From Penicillus capitatus (Eukaryota; Plantae; Chlorophyta): a stretch of DNA of 64,000 bases. The notes beneath the pieces are model-generated. The model had not been told where the DNA came from, ran no database searches, and saw nothing but the letters and a program-made list of their open reading frames with translations. The stretch is from contig OZ287699.1 in NCBI GenBank assembly GCA_965649825.1, positions 1,146,477-1,210,476 on the forward strand, read 5' to 3'. A program made the translations under genes and the position numbers. Positions 48,575 through 60,851 of the stretch are shown here, piece by piece (position 1 is the stretch's first letter; every line of letters starts with the position of its first letter).

Positions 48575-50385
48575 CTACTCGAGATTCGTATGCCGTGCCC
48601 TTATCTTTGCTGGGCTAATATCGCCAGCTTTCCTCAGCATCACACAGACGCAATCGCACAGTAACGACAGACTTATATCAAAAAGTGACGAAGCGGCGAT
48701 GGCATCTTGCGGCGGATCAGGCAAAGCTGACATCACTTCACCATCGGATCCCACCCGGACATTGGTCGGAGGCTGTGTCGGAATCTGAATCGTAAACACA
48801 CGCTGCGGATCTGCAAAAGGATAAATTCCAAAAACAATGATTCTTGATCCTGCGGACAGTGCTTCCTCCATTATACTTGTGACCCTGTTGCCACTGCTTG
48901 GTCCAGCACTGATTAGGAGAAGGGTTGCACTGTCGAAAGGGGGCACGTTAGTATCGTCCATGGAATAGGAATGAATGCCAAGATGATGTAATCCGGAAGC
49001 AAAGGCTTTCATCACGAGTCCCTCTTTTCCAAGGCCAAAACAGCAAACGTGCTGAGCATCATGAATTGCACGGGCCAAAACAAGGACATCTGAGTGACGT
49101 ATGCTGGCCACAGACGCAGAGACTTCTGATAGAATACGATGTGAGACAGTGTTGAAATCCTCCCACGGGTTCTCATCGTCTTCACTATCATCTGCACGAA
49201 GATGGCGGGGCTCTCCTTGCTTCTGGGACCACAGAAATGATCATCTCCATCGCCACAGTCAAGGGCGGATGGGAAACAGACCTTTGTGGGAGGCTTCTTG
49301 TGTCGCGAAGAGCGATTCTTCAACCAGATGATGACGTTATGCTCCGTTGCGTATCCACACCCTTGCACAGCTGCATGAAGCTCAGGGGTGGCTTTTGTCC
49401 GACCTGCCTCATTGGACTTAGTTAGTACTTTGTGAACAGCGTAGTGGCGAGGAGACCTGCATCAAAATGCTGTTCAAGGAGTTGCAGCTGTTGGGTATTT
49501 GGTTTCCAACGAGAACGAACAGTAAGGCTCTTGTTTGAACTACCAGACGACTTGTCATTGCTACTTTGCTTTTCATCCACAAAGCACCCTACACATGACC
49601 CACCTTATCCTGAAGACCGACGCAGACAGTGCCTTGCCTCTCATGGATCCATGACCAGGATCCAAGTTGTCCACAATGGGAGTTGTGGCAGTCAGAGATC
49701 TGCGAAGGACGTATGAAATTGTGTAAGAAAAGTGAGGATTACGGTTGGAGACATGCGTAGGAAGCTGGACTGCTGCTCTGTGCATGCATTCCATGTGCTA
49801 GAAGGTTAGACTGTGGCACGACACATGGCCACTGTGACAGTGCATCTACACAAGCACGGTCTATGCACATCTCACTCTATCACATATTTTCTGTCCTCAC
49901 CAAATCGGTGAGCGAATTGTGGAGTCGATACGTGATTCATTCTTAAGGCATTTGCTTGAGCTTCAGTGATCTCTTTTGTCAACAACGGCTAGAAGTGTGA
50001 TGTCACACATTTACGGTTAGAGACAAGATTTCTTCATCCAGCACTGTGTTACTTGATTCAACATATGCGGCGGTACTGTGAAGCTCGCATCGGGATTTAC
50101 AGAAAAAGTCACTGGACTGGGCAAGAGCTGTGCAGAGCGGGCGGCTAGCTGATGGCTGACACTATTTCCACCGCTATTCCCTACCACTTTTCCTATTGTG
50201 CTTAATTCTTTACCAAGATGGGTCTTACCTAACAAGGCAGATCCTGCGCTCTTTTGATGGACAGGCAAAACCTAGGCGTTCTCCAAATGAGAGGTTCACT
50301 CTAACTTTTTGCATTGTACTTGAGGAAGGTTGTTGACGTGCAATGACGACGCCATAGCTCGATTCGCCGTATCTTGCGACCTCAT
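48575..50385 (-). CDS. WOX-like homeodomain + SIS (3-hexulose-6-phosphate isomerase-like) fusion protein
   Basis: Spliced RSRWKPNTQQLQLLEQHFDAG/RTKATPEL..EHNVIIWLKNRSSRHKK joined in frame through intron 49281-49223 to the SIS domain ending RHTNLE*; 5' exons approximate. Confidence 0.8.
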
Positions 50386-50955
50386 GCTATAAACAGTTGG
50401 AAACGATTTCCGAGTCCTACACACCTGTTTAGCACAGCATACATCAAGCCGGATTCGCACAAGCAGCAGTAAATATTGAAGATACACGATACATAAATCA
50501 TCGAGCTTTTTTGACGCCACGCGTCGAGCATGCGTCGGTGACGAAACGTCCGACGAAATGGCGTCGACGACGACAACGACGCGTCGAAAACGCAATTTCA
50601 CGTTACGCCATTGGACACCGCCTCTCCGCGCATCGCCCATCTAAACGTACTTCTGACGGTTCTTTTCCTTCTTACGCTTCTCAGGTGTCACACCGTCGAC
50701 GTCGTCGTTTGTCGTCTTTGTATCACGAACCACGAACGAACGCACCCGCCTTCTGTTAGGACACTACCAGTCTATTCACTATAAGCGCCAGCCACTTTTG
50801 AAGACAAGTTCGTTATCCGTTTCCGAACGAACAAGAGAAACGGTCACTTCGCTATTTCAACCAAAAGGCCTGTCGTCGTTTGCATTTTTGCTAAATCATC
50901 ATTGCCATTTTCGATCTGCGGTTCCTGTTTGAATATTCGCGCGCAGCTGAAAACG

Positions 50956-52696
50956 ATGTTCGGTGCGAGTTCGGAGAACGCGACGTTGCCGGATGAGACG
51001 CCAACAGGGAGCGACACACAGCGCCCGACGACGCGACGGTTGGGAACGCGGTCCGGTCTCTTTGCGGTGCCAGAGGATAGAGAAGTCTTGAGAACACCTC
51101 AAGAGAACGAAAATTCGGGATTCGTATTCGGAGAAGGGCTATCCGGCGAGAAAGAAAACGAAAGAGATGTATCGCCGGATGACGTCGACAGATCCCTGTC
51201 AGCACCGCCAAACGTGGCGACCGAGACGGATCGCGAGGAGGATGTGCAGACGGAGGGAGAGGAGATGAGGACAGTGACGGAGACAGAGGTCGAAGAGCAA
51301 ACAGCAGAAGAGGTCCCGTCGTTGCCACCTCTATCGACGACGGCAGTGGCGACGACGACGACGACGCATGATTCTGAACCCGACAGTCCACCGGCGCGAC
51401 CTGAAAGGAGGAGGACGTTTTCGCCAGAGGAGAGGTCGCCTTCACCTCGACCGCCACGAGGCGAGGGTTTTGGCGGGTCAACCGAAGATGGACATTTCTA
51501 TCGCCTGTCGGATGAGGATGACGGCACAGCAATGGAAACCACGACGCCTCTAACAAATGGTGTTTTGGGTATGTGCTCTCTTCCGAGAACGGCACACAAG
51601 TGATGTGACGGCGATGATGCTGACAGATGGAGGTTATCCGACCGGTGTGCCTATGATGGACAGTTACGGCGGCTATATGCCAAACCCACAGGCTTTTCAA
51701 TCTTCTGTGAACATGAATGCATACGCCAACATGGATGTCACACATTACTATCCAGTGCCTAATATGGAAGAATTCTTGGAACTGGATCGAGAGGTCGAAC
51801 GCATGAAGCAAGAGCGTGAGATGATTGCTGCACGACCACTTCCAGTGAGACGCTCTTTTCTTCTTACCCCGTTTATGTTCTTCTTCATCAGATCCGTCCT
51901 CTTCACGTGAGTTTCGGTGAAAGAATTGAAGCTCTCAAACGCCAAATGAGCTATACAGAGACAACGTATGACAATTCGCTCCAGAGTTGGGTGGATCAGG
52001 TCCGAGAGGCCGATGAAGCCGCCGACCGGAAACGAAAGTCATGGCAGATGGCAATCAAGAGATCTCGAGAGTCGAATGCCGAAGAAGAAGCATTGGTGTC
52101 CGAAGCAGAACGCGCTCGGAAGAACGCATCTCTTCAAAACACTCTCAAAATGCTGAAGGAGGCAGAGGAAAAGTATGGAAAGCTAGAAGGCTTGACGATT
52201 CTCAGTGTCGAAGAGATGGACCGGCTCCTGCCGATTCCTTTCGATGACGACAGCTACTATATTGAACCCACCCGAAGCGAAATGCGTGAGATTGTCACAA
52301 ATTGCGGCGCCGATGCTCTCAAGGCGATATCAAATGTGAAAATTGGGCGTGATGGATTTGGGGAAATCTTTTTCGAGGGTCCCATGAACTTGGAGGGACT
52401 CGATTTCGAAAAGGAAATTGAAATCAAGCATGGCCATCTCTTAATCAAGGAAGTTGACAAGTTGGCTGGACACCCTGCGACTGTCACCCTTCACCATGTA
52501 TTGCGCATCTCTCTCTTTGCATTTGAGTGAGATGATGTGACTGTAGGTTTATAAGCATCTGTACACAGACGTACAGAGGCAAACCGAAAAGGAACTGAGA
52601 GAGATTTGTAACCAACCGGGCCATCACTTTATTAGCTATGAACTCACGGGAGGCAAGTGGATCTTCAAGGTGGACAATTTCAAACAAGAAGACTAG
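50956..52696 (+). CDS. Protein with C-terminal Nup98 autopeptidase-like (S59) domain, no FG repeats
   Basis: YYIEPT..NVKIGRDGFGEIFFEGPMNLEGLD...ATVTLH...GKWIFKVDNF. Confidence 0.7.
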
Positions 52697-52872
52697 AAAT
52701 CTAGAACACATTATCAGATGGATGACCTTTAGATCGGGCCGTGTTTTTGATCGATGCATGTTCCAACAAAGCCTAGGGGAAGGAATGCATGGAGATGGAT
52801 CGCATAACGCAAGGGAACTTTACGAAGTTTAACGTTTTTCTATCTTCGCAGCAACAATCTCACTCATAAGCC

Positions 52873-54368
52873 TCAATCCTGAAACAGCGTTGCTATATCA
52901 CTCTTTTTTTGTACCTCTTCTAGTCCATCTTCTGAACCAGGTGCCAACTTTGCATGGCTTGCGGTGATAGGACAGAGCCGGCCTGCAGCAATTGTTGGAG
53001 ATGCTCTGTCAAGAAACGACATGCCACCTGTCTGTTCGATCTCTTTCTCGAGTTGAAGAGTGATATGCCGGAAGACATCGAGATCTGAAATGATCTGAGC
53101 ATTGAGTTGCTCCCGAATCTCGACGAATTCTGCCAGCCAGTCTCCCAGCAGACGAAACATGTGTGCCTAATGCGCAGCAATACCGTCAGTCAAGACGTAC
53201 CGCAGCAGATCACCTGTTACCCGGACGATTCCCAGTTTCACAGGATACACCTCAACGAAATCCAGATACTCCTTAAACAGGTGCAGTTTTCGAGAATGGT
53301 GGAGAGGATCTTCCATAGCCCGATCGGAAACAAGGATACCCTCTCCATCCTGCTTTTCATGCAGACGCGCAATGGGTGTGAAGAGTGATGGATTCTCCAA
53401 TAAAGAGACAGCTGAGAGCACACCATCCGCTTGCGTGTACTCCAGACATCTACCACAGAGGGAGGCGTGTTCTGTAGGGATTTGCAGAAAAGGGATGGAT
53501 TGCCTGTAGGCATCATACAGGTCACGGATGTTGCCGTTTGCCAACACTGGAATGGTGAGTTCTTCTTTGATCCTTCGGATGATCTCCCAATCTGCGCGGA
53601 TCGCCTTTTGATCTTTCTGATCTCGTGTGCGTCCATGCACGGCCAATATAGAACACTGCGCCTTTTCTAATCTCCTTGCGTAGTCGAGTGTCTCTTCAAG
53701 TTCCGGGAAAACGCGAATTTTGCATGTCACAGGGATATCCAGATTCTGTCAACGGTCACAGCACGTCGTCACAGGCCATACAGAGGAAATCTCACACTTG
53801 TGCTACATGTGTGACCATGTTCTCGACCAGATCAATCTCATCCATCAAAAAGGCTCCATACCTGCTGGCAAAATGCCGAGTCATCAGAGAACGGGCTTTT
53901 GGACGTACCGCCCGCGTCTGGCAATCCGTTGAGGACATCCCAAATTCAGGTCAATAGCATCTACCTGATGCTGAACATGCTGAGCAGCTGCCAAAAGAAT
54001 CTCAGGATCATTTGCACAGAACTGTGCTAGGAGAGGCCGATCTTCGCGGCACGTACTAAACTCATCTCCTCTGAAAGGACACACAATTGAAAAGAGTGAG
54101 AAGAAGATCTCCACCTGTATCTCTCAGATTCTGAGAAGATTTTGGCGTGAAGCATCGGTGTATAGGCCCCTGTTGCGCCGTATTTTCGGCACAGCATTCG
54201 AAATGGCAGTTCGGATTGATCCACCATGGGCGCCACCCAGAACTTCGGAGAGCCAATTCTCTTAAAGAAATCCCAGGATCTCTCTGTGTGCGCCTGGGAG
54301 TGATGAAACCGTCGAGGGTCGTGTTTCGGCACAGTCCGAGGAGACAGAAGGCCTTTCTGGAGAGACAT
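52873..54368 (-). CDS. DUS1: tRNA-dihydrouridine synthase (Dus1-like)
   Basis: [55 protein letters not shown]. Confidence 0.93.
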
Positions 54369-54567
54369 GAGCCAAAAACGACGCACAGAGGCTGCAAAGC
54401 GCCAGTAGAGAGGAACCCGTACACAACCCAGTTTAAACAACGATGGTGCCCAGAAAGAGCCAAACTGCCTTTAATAGCTCATTAAACGCGTCAAAGGCGT
54501 TGTTCATACCAGCCAGCGATCCGTCAGCGATATCCGCACTTCTTCGTCCCTCTCCGCTGCAGAGAGA

Positions 54568-55940
54568 ATGTGTTTGTTCGCCTCGCCGTTGCTGATGACG
54601 AATCTGGCGTGCGAGATGTTTTTTGTGATTCACCATCGGCTGCATGCTCAGAATGTTGTACAAGTCAAGAGGCAACAGGTTTTGTCGGATATTGCCTGCG
54701 GATTCCTCGATCCGGTTTTTGTCGACGGGCTGTTCGTTCCCCAGCCGCTCTGCACGCCGTCGACGGCAAAAGAGATCTTCCAAAGACTAGCACACATGTC
54801 GATCATGAAACTCAGCTCCGAGAGGTTCCGTCTGCAAGGCTATCTGGTGATGTGACAGCTGCGAGTGTCGCGGTCAGTATGTCGAAGCTCTTTGATCTGA
54901 TGGTCATGGTTTGCAAATTTTACACCTTACATTGCACCGAGGCCTCGCTACTGCTACAAGTGCGTTCCGCCGTTTTCTTTCTTTTGGAGAGATTTGGTGC
55001 AAAGCTGACGCTAAGGCATCTGAGCGAAGTTTCGAAACTATTGGAGCAATCAGAGGAGATCGCCAGGATAGAGGCGTTGAGAGAGCGATTGTTCGAAGCT
55101 TACCGTGGTCTCTCATCGTGGCGATGGTATGTCCTCTGGTCCGAGATGCTGAGTCCGTCAAAATGCATAAAAATCTGTCGTTTATATTCGGAATGCAATT
55201 TCAGGATTCTTCCAGGACAGTCGAGTGAAGGTCTCTGTCCTGATTCAATTGAAAGTCCAGAAAGCAAACGGCAAAATTGTGCTACCCCGTATCAGCTCGC
55301 CTTCTCAAACACACTGACAGGTGCCGTTACGCTGACAGGGTCCAGACGATACGATCTGGAGGCTTGTGGTCGTGATGTGTCTGGCTCTTTTGTCGGAAAG
55401 CCGTTCGGAGAAGGAGAGGTTTGGTATTCGGTTTACCGAAAACGATAGCAATTGTCACTCTTTCGACAGATTCGGTTGTCGACCTCCATCGGAAGCGGCA
55501 GCGCTGTGGAGCCGACGCCAGAAATTGAGCTCGGTGCCAATCTGTACGATCGAGAGGCGAGCGTTGGCGCAGAGAAGCCTGGAGATGTAACGTCATCAGA
55601 AAACTTGGACTCGTCGCCAAAGGCAAGTCATAGAGATGGCCAAAACGTCTCTCACTCTTTTAATTTACAAAAGAGTGACGTTGTTCGGGAAGAACGCATT
55701 CTGCCGTCTTTGCTACGGATTCGCGAAAGAATGACGGAGGATACGACCTTAGAGATGGAACTTGAAGCGGAGGAAACGGAGGCCGAAGGCTTCTCTTCAG
55801 CGGTGACCGTTGCTGAGAACGGAAACGACGTCTATCGACGCGATCTCTCGCGTCTGGCTGATCGTCTGAGCAGCGACGACAGGGATGCAGGGAAACAGCG
55901 ATTCGAAGACGATCTACTGACGCTGCTGCAAGACATGTAG
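54568..55940 (+). CDS. OSCP1: OSCP1 family protein
   Basis: PLLMTNLACEMFFVIHHRLHAQN..LFVPQ..FQRLAHMSIMKL..SMSKLFDLM. Confidence 0.85.
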
Positions 55941-56755
55941 ATGACAGAAAACAGGAACTTTCCCCTGGTTTGGTAGGAGACGTTACCTCGCCCGATCATT
56001 TTTCATCAGGGGGCCAAGCTCGATGAACGAACATATCTCTGTCGCGCTCGATGTCTTTACGATTTAAGGGCTCCGAAAAATGTGATTCATCTGCTTTGCT
56101 CGAACCAAGTGAAGGATGTGACGAAAGCGATTGATCGAAGAGCGAAATCTGAGAATCTCTTTTAGTCTGTCGATCACTAAGCAATCGAGAGTAAACGTAC
56201 GGATTTCGAATGTGTATATGAAATGGATTTTATCGAACGTTATGATAAAATCGGCTTGAGATTCGATCCGTAGGTATACGATCAATCGCAGCATGTCGAT
56301 CGTTTCGATTTCGTCTTTTTCGATTAAGTTTGCCACGCCATATTTACCTGATGCGTGTCAAGCTTCTGACGAAGCTCGCAGTATCTTTCTTGTTGCCCAC
56401 GATCGATCGACGAACGGTAGCGTTGCTGTGTTCATCGACGCGCAATATCTCGCAATTCAGAATCGATTGTTCGATTTTCGATGAACTAACAACTGAGCAC
56501 GTCGTGCCGTTGCTACTCGTATCGGTGAAGTGATTCACGAGTAAATGAGATAGAAGTCGAAAATCATTACCTTTCTTCCATTTCGCCGACATATTAACTG
56601 AACTTGACTCGGCCCGCATCCACCGTCATCTGCGACGCGATCCGCGCGACACTTTTTCATCGTGCCAAAGATGAAAACTTGAGAATCTCCCGTTCGGGCG
56701 ACGTCAACCGTTTGCGTACGCAAACGTCAAGCGACATCACAACACAGTCGTCGTT

Positions 56756-57711
56756 CTATTGGCAGGTCAGATCGTCCATCCACTGTGCAAAGATCACCGG
56801 CGTGCAAAAATCACTCGGCAGATCGACTTCCTCAAACACCGAAGCCTCATTAGGCACGCCATTCTGCTCAAGCGTCTTCGACAGTTCGAGTTCGCGGCAC
56901 GTCCAATCACCAAACGCATCTCGCACCAAACTCTGAAGACCATACGCCGCTGCATGTCCGTTGATGTTCGCGTATCGTCTGCGAATCTCTCCGACGGTTT
57001 CTTCCTCGGGCACTTCGAGGGTGTCCTCTTGATGCGTGAGCAAATTCTTGAAACGAATCACCCGAGGACGGAGCGTCAATCTTCCCACCTCCTCGGCAAT
57101 GGACTGACATCCAATCACGATGCCCTTTTCTATCCTACCTGATACCTTGGATTTTGCCACCATGGTTGACGGAAACTCATATCGTAGTCGGCAGAGGGAA
57201 ACGGAGGAGGTACATGCACAAACCGACCCTATCGTGACACGACGACCGTCAATCACATCCACAGCAAAGAATGTTGGTCCAACCTGCGGACAAACCGAAA
57301 CATATAGTCCCGACTCGGCGTCCATTTCTCTCTTGACATCCCTCGTTTCTTCGTCGAACCTACGGCGAAGTAGTTAGCGCTGCGTTGGCGGAAGAGAGTG
57401 CACCAGTGAGAGATATCGGTTCCTGCATATTCAATGAGTGGCTTGGCTTCGCTTCTCCGGCATTTCTGGGATCCACACGTGACATGGACTGCGTGGAGAT
57501 GCGCGATCGTCGAGACCTTGATCAAATCTGTGATGTCGTAAACCTCGTGGAAAATCGATACCCAGCAGTCACATGGCGAATTGTGCCTGGCCACTTCGTA
57601 TGGTGTGTAGAACCGATGATACATCGCGATCGCAACGTCTCGAAAAAATCGAAGCTGACGTGGACGCTTCTCGGTTTGAATCACTGCTCACGCTTCTTGC
57701 ATCGTGTCCAT
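56756..57711 (-). CDS. CYB5D1: Cytochrome b5 domain-containing protein 1
   Basis: FYTPYEVARHNS..DCWVS..VYDIT, AGTDISHWFD, NLLTHQEDTLEVPEEET, end DDLT. Confidence 0.9.
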
Positions 57712-58049
57712 GAAAGTCACTTTTACGAAATCCGCCTCGTGTGATGCATCGTTCTCGCGCGTTAAGCACACCGCTCCGATGCGATACGTCATCGCGATTG
57801 GATCCACCGTTTATCCGATTTCAGAAAGGAGCCAGTTTCGGCGTCTCCCTCAAGCGCATTGTTACACATGTGTCAGCTACTGATTACTCCCCGAAAGAAT
57901 GCAAATCAGATAAAAAGCTCATCGCTCATTGCATGCTGGGCCGAGGTAAAAATAAAGGATAATAGCGTATGTGCTCACCAGACCAGCTTCTATTTCGTGG
58001 ATGCGAGTTCAATCAAGGTCACAGGTCGCGTCGTTCTTTAGGCGTCATT

Positions 58050-59521
58050 CTATGGGACTCGGACAAACGAGAATGACGAATCCGCCGCTGGATGTGGCGG
58101 TGATTTGTTTGTTCCCTGATTGATAACGGGTGTCTTCGGTAGTCCAGGAGGCTCTCGTTGACCTCGCTTGAAGTATGGAAAGTTCGAGATGTGGTACACA
58201 CTGGTTTCGTCATCTCCAAAGCACAGCGCCAGGCGACGTATAATCATGGCCAGCAGCAGAAAGATGAAAGCAGCGCCCAACAGTACGGTCAACCAAATCC
58301 ACCACGTCTTCCAGGTATCGTCATCGGATGAATCATCCCTGGGCGCATAGGCACGGTTCACTTCCAGTTCTCCGACGAGATCGAAGGTCACGCGCGATAT
58401 CTGTAATTCCCAGCCATGTTGTCCTCCTGAAATATTCATCGCCAAGCGCTTCGTGCATAGAGGCATGGCGCTCAGATCAATGTGAACAATTCTTTGTTGC
58501 CAACCTCCAGGTCGTTTGGTCGAGGAATCGTAAGTTGGTGTTAAAGTGATCGGCTTGCACGATTCTGAAATAAATGGCTGTATGGTGATGTCGGTATCGA
58601 ACGGCTTGTACTGGAACAACTCGATCTCTACGGAGCGGATGCTGTGAGTTGAGGAGTAAACCAGACCGGCCGTTTTATTGTTCGATCTCTTTATACGACT
58701 GGTATCTCCTGCAAAGTACACACGGGCATTGGAATGGTCGATCTCCAAGGTGGGCTCCTTGAAGAAAACATAGCGAAAGTCGCTGACGGGGTCCACTCGC
58801 TGAACACCATTGCCCCCCGCTAAACACGACGAGTTTTGAAACGTGCATAGCGCTTTGCATCCAGCATACCAGGACTGAACGAGCACCACTTCGCCCAATT
58901 GCACTCCCCATCTGCCTCGCAGACACAGAACCGTTGAGTTACGGATTTGATGAAAGGAACGGCGGCATCCACGCACCCGGGATATTCATTGTTTGAGGCA
59001 ACTCCTTCTAGCAACACAGTCACTCGTGGTGGACATTCTTCGTTCAGAGACAGATCGATGACAAACTGTTGCCAGTCACTGTCATTGCCCGTCGTTCTGT
59101 ACTTGGGAAGATTTTCTTCTGTCATCGTCAAGACACCAAAGGTATCGTTTACGGAAGACTTGGCATCGCCAACGCGGACACTGAGAGACCAAGAATCCTG
59201 TGGCAAGAGGCCGAAGACGTATCCCGTGATTTTGAGGTTCTCAAACCCACGGGGTGACGTATACGTTATGTGTCCCAATTCAGCGTTCGTTCTCTTAAAC
59301 CGACCTTTGTCTCCGGCATGGAGCTCTGGGTTTTCAGAATCCACTACGACGTTACGGCTTCGCATGAGCACCGAATGGCGTTCAGTTGGCCGGTCGTGAA
59401 CAAAGGCACAGGAATCTATAATAGTCTCTCCGCGACAGCCTTTCATACATAACAAGAGGCAAATCGTCCATAGGCCGCATAGGGTTCTTCTAAAGAGCCA
59501 AGAAGGATTTTCGTGTGGCAT
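58050..59521 (-). CDS. Type I membrane protein with two tandem related extracellular domains
   Basis: Signal peptide; repeats HAGDKGRFKRTN...WQQFVIDLS and FAGDTSRIKRSN...WQQRIVHIDLS; TM segment WWIWLTVLLGAAFIFLLLAMII. Confidence 0.75.
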
Positions 59522-59665
59522 GATGGTTGGCCTCTTTGATAAATCGCAAGAAAAAGAATAGCAACACGCGATGGATGTCGTCATTAAACGACCAGCCAAC
59601 CACCTACCAACCAACAGCTGTTGATGTGACAGTCAATAGGTGTCGATGTGACAGTTGCGGTAGCG

Positions 59666-60778
59666 ATGGAGCAAGTTTTGCTGCTGGCGAAGAATGCCAA
59701 AGGACTATCTTCAGTGACGGACCTCGTCTCCAATGCTCTCACTCTTCCGGATCTCTTTGTCTTCGGTGAGCTGCTCTACCTTCCCTCCGTCCAAGAAGTC
59801 AGCATTCCTCCTTACAAAGCGCCACGTGGACGAAGGCGTGTGTCTTCAGTTAAAGAGCCATCCCGAATTTGTCCCTTGGCATGCCGCGCTCGGCCTCTAT
59901 GCTTATGGAAACTGGAAAGACTACACAGGTCACATCCATTCTCTCCACATCGGATCCGAGATGCCCAGATGTGTTCAGCATCTCCGGAAACGTATCCGGA
60001 GCTCTCGGACAGACAGAAGCTAAAACTCAAGCAGTTGACGCTCATCTCCATGGCACAGTCTAGACAGGTCTGCATCTGCACATCCTTTTTCTCAAGGAGA
60101 TGGCATCGACAGGTGCTGCTCTATTCGGAGCTGAAGAATGCGCTGGATTTTGACAGTACGCGCAGTTTGGAAGATTTTCTGATCAATGGCTGTTTCTACT
60201 ATCGCATCCTGAAAGGTCATGTCCTCTGCGGCACAGATGCTCTTCACAAGACCTCATAGGCAAACTGGATCAAGCACAGGAACGTTTACTAGTGCAGGAT
60301 TGCATTCATCGCGATGTTCGGTTGCAAGATTTCCCGTCCATCAAGGCGAAACTGAAATCCTGGTAGTACTTTAAGTCATCGCGCCTCGCCATACAGACAG
60401 ATTTCTGCACGCAGGTTTCAGGCATCAGAGCGAAGTTTAGAGGACATTGCACAACGTATTGCCTATACCAAAGAGACAGTCACAAAGAACGAAGCGTGGC
60501 AACATCAATTGGCTGCTGAGGCCAAGAGACGCACAGAAGAAATCAAAGTCGATGCGCAAGTGTCTATCGTCACTCTTTGCACTCTCACTCTTTTAGGATA
60601 TGGACGGTATGCACATGGATACCTCAGATATCACGATCTCCTACATCACTTCCTCCAATCCAGACGAACGCGGTGCAAAGTCTAGAAGGTAAAGGCCATT
60701 CTCGAGCAGAATGCATCCATCTCGTTTTCTGTTATCTGATGCAGAGGCGAAGGCAGCAGCAGTCGAGGAATGGGATGA
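59666..60778 (+). CDS. CSN7: COP9 signalosome subunit 7
   Basis: LFVFGELL.LPSVQEL, LYAYGNWKDY, KLKQLTLISMA, RSLEDFLI, GKLDQ, RDVR. Confidence 0.9.
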
Positions 60779-60851
60779 GTCAAGGTCTGTTTGTCCTTGT
60801 AATGACCTTCCTTCATTCCATCTTTCTCTAACGATGACGAGCGCCGCTGTC

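Noticed and set aside
55996-56619. Possible minus-strand hypothetical gene
   Set aside because: Could not join the ORFs with consistent splice phases; no recognisable motif
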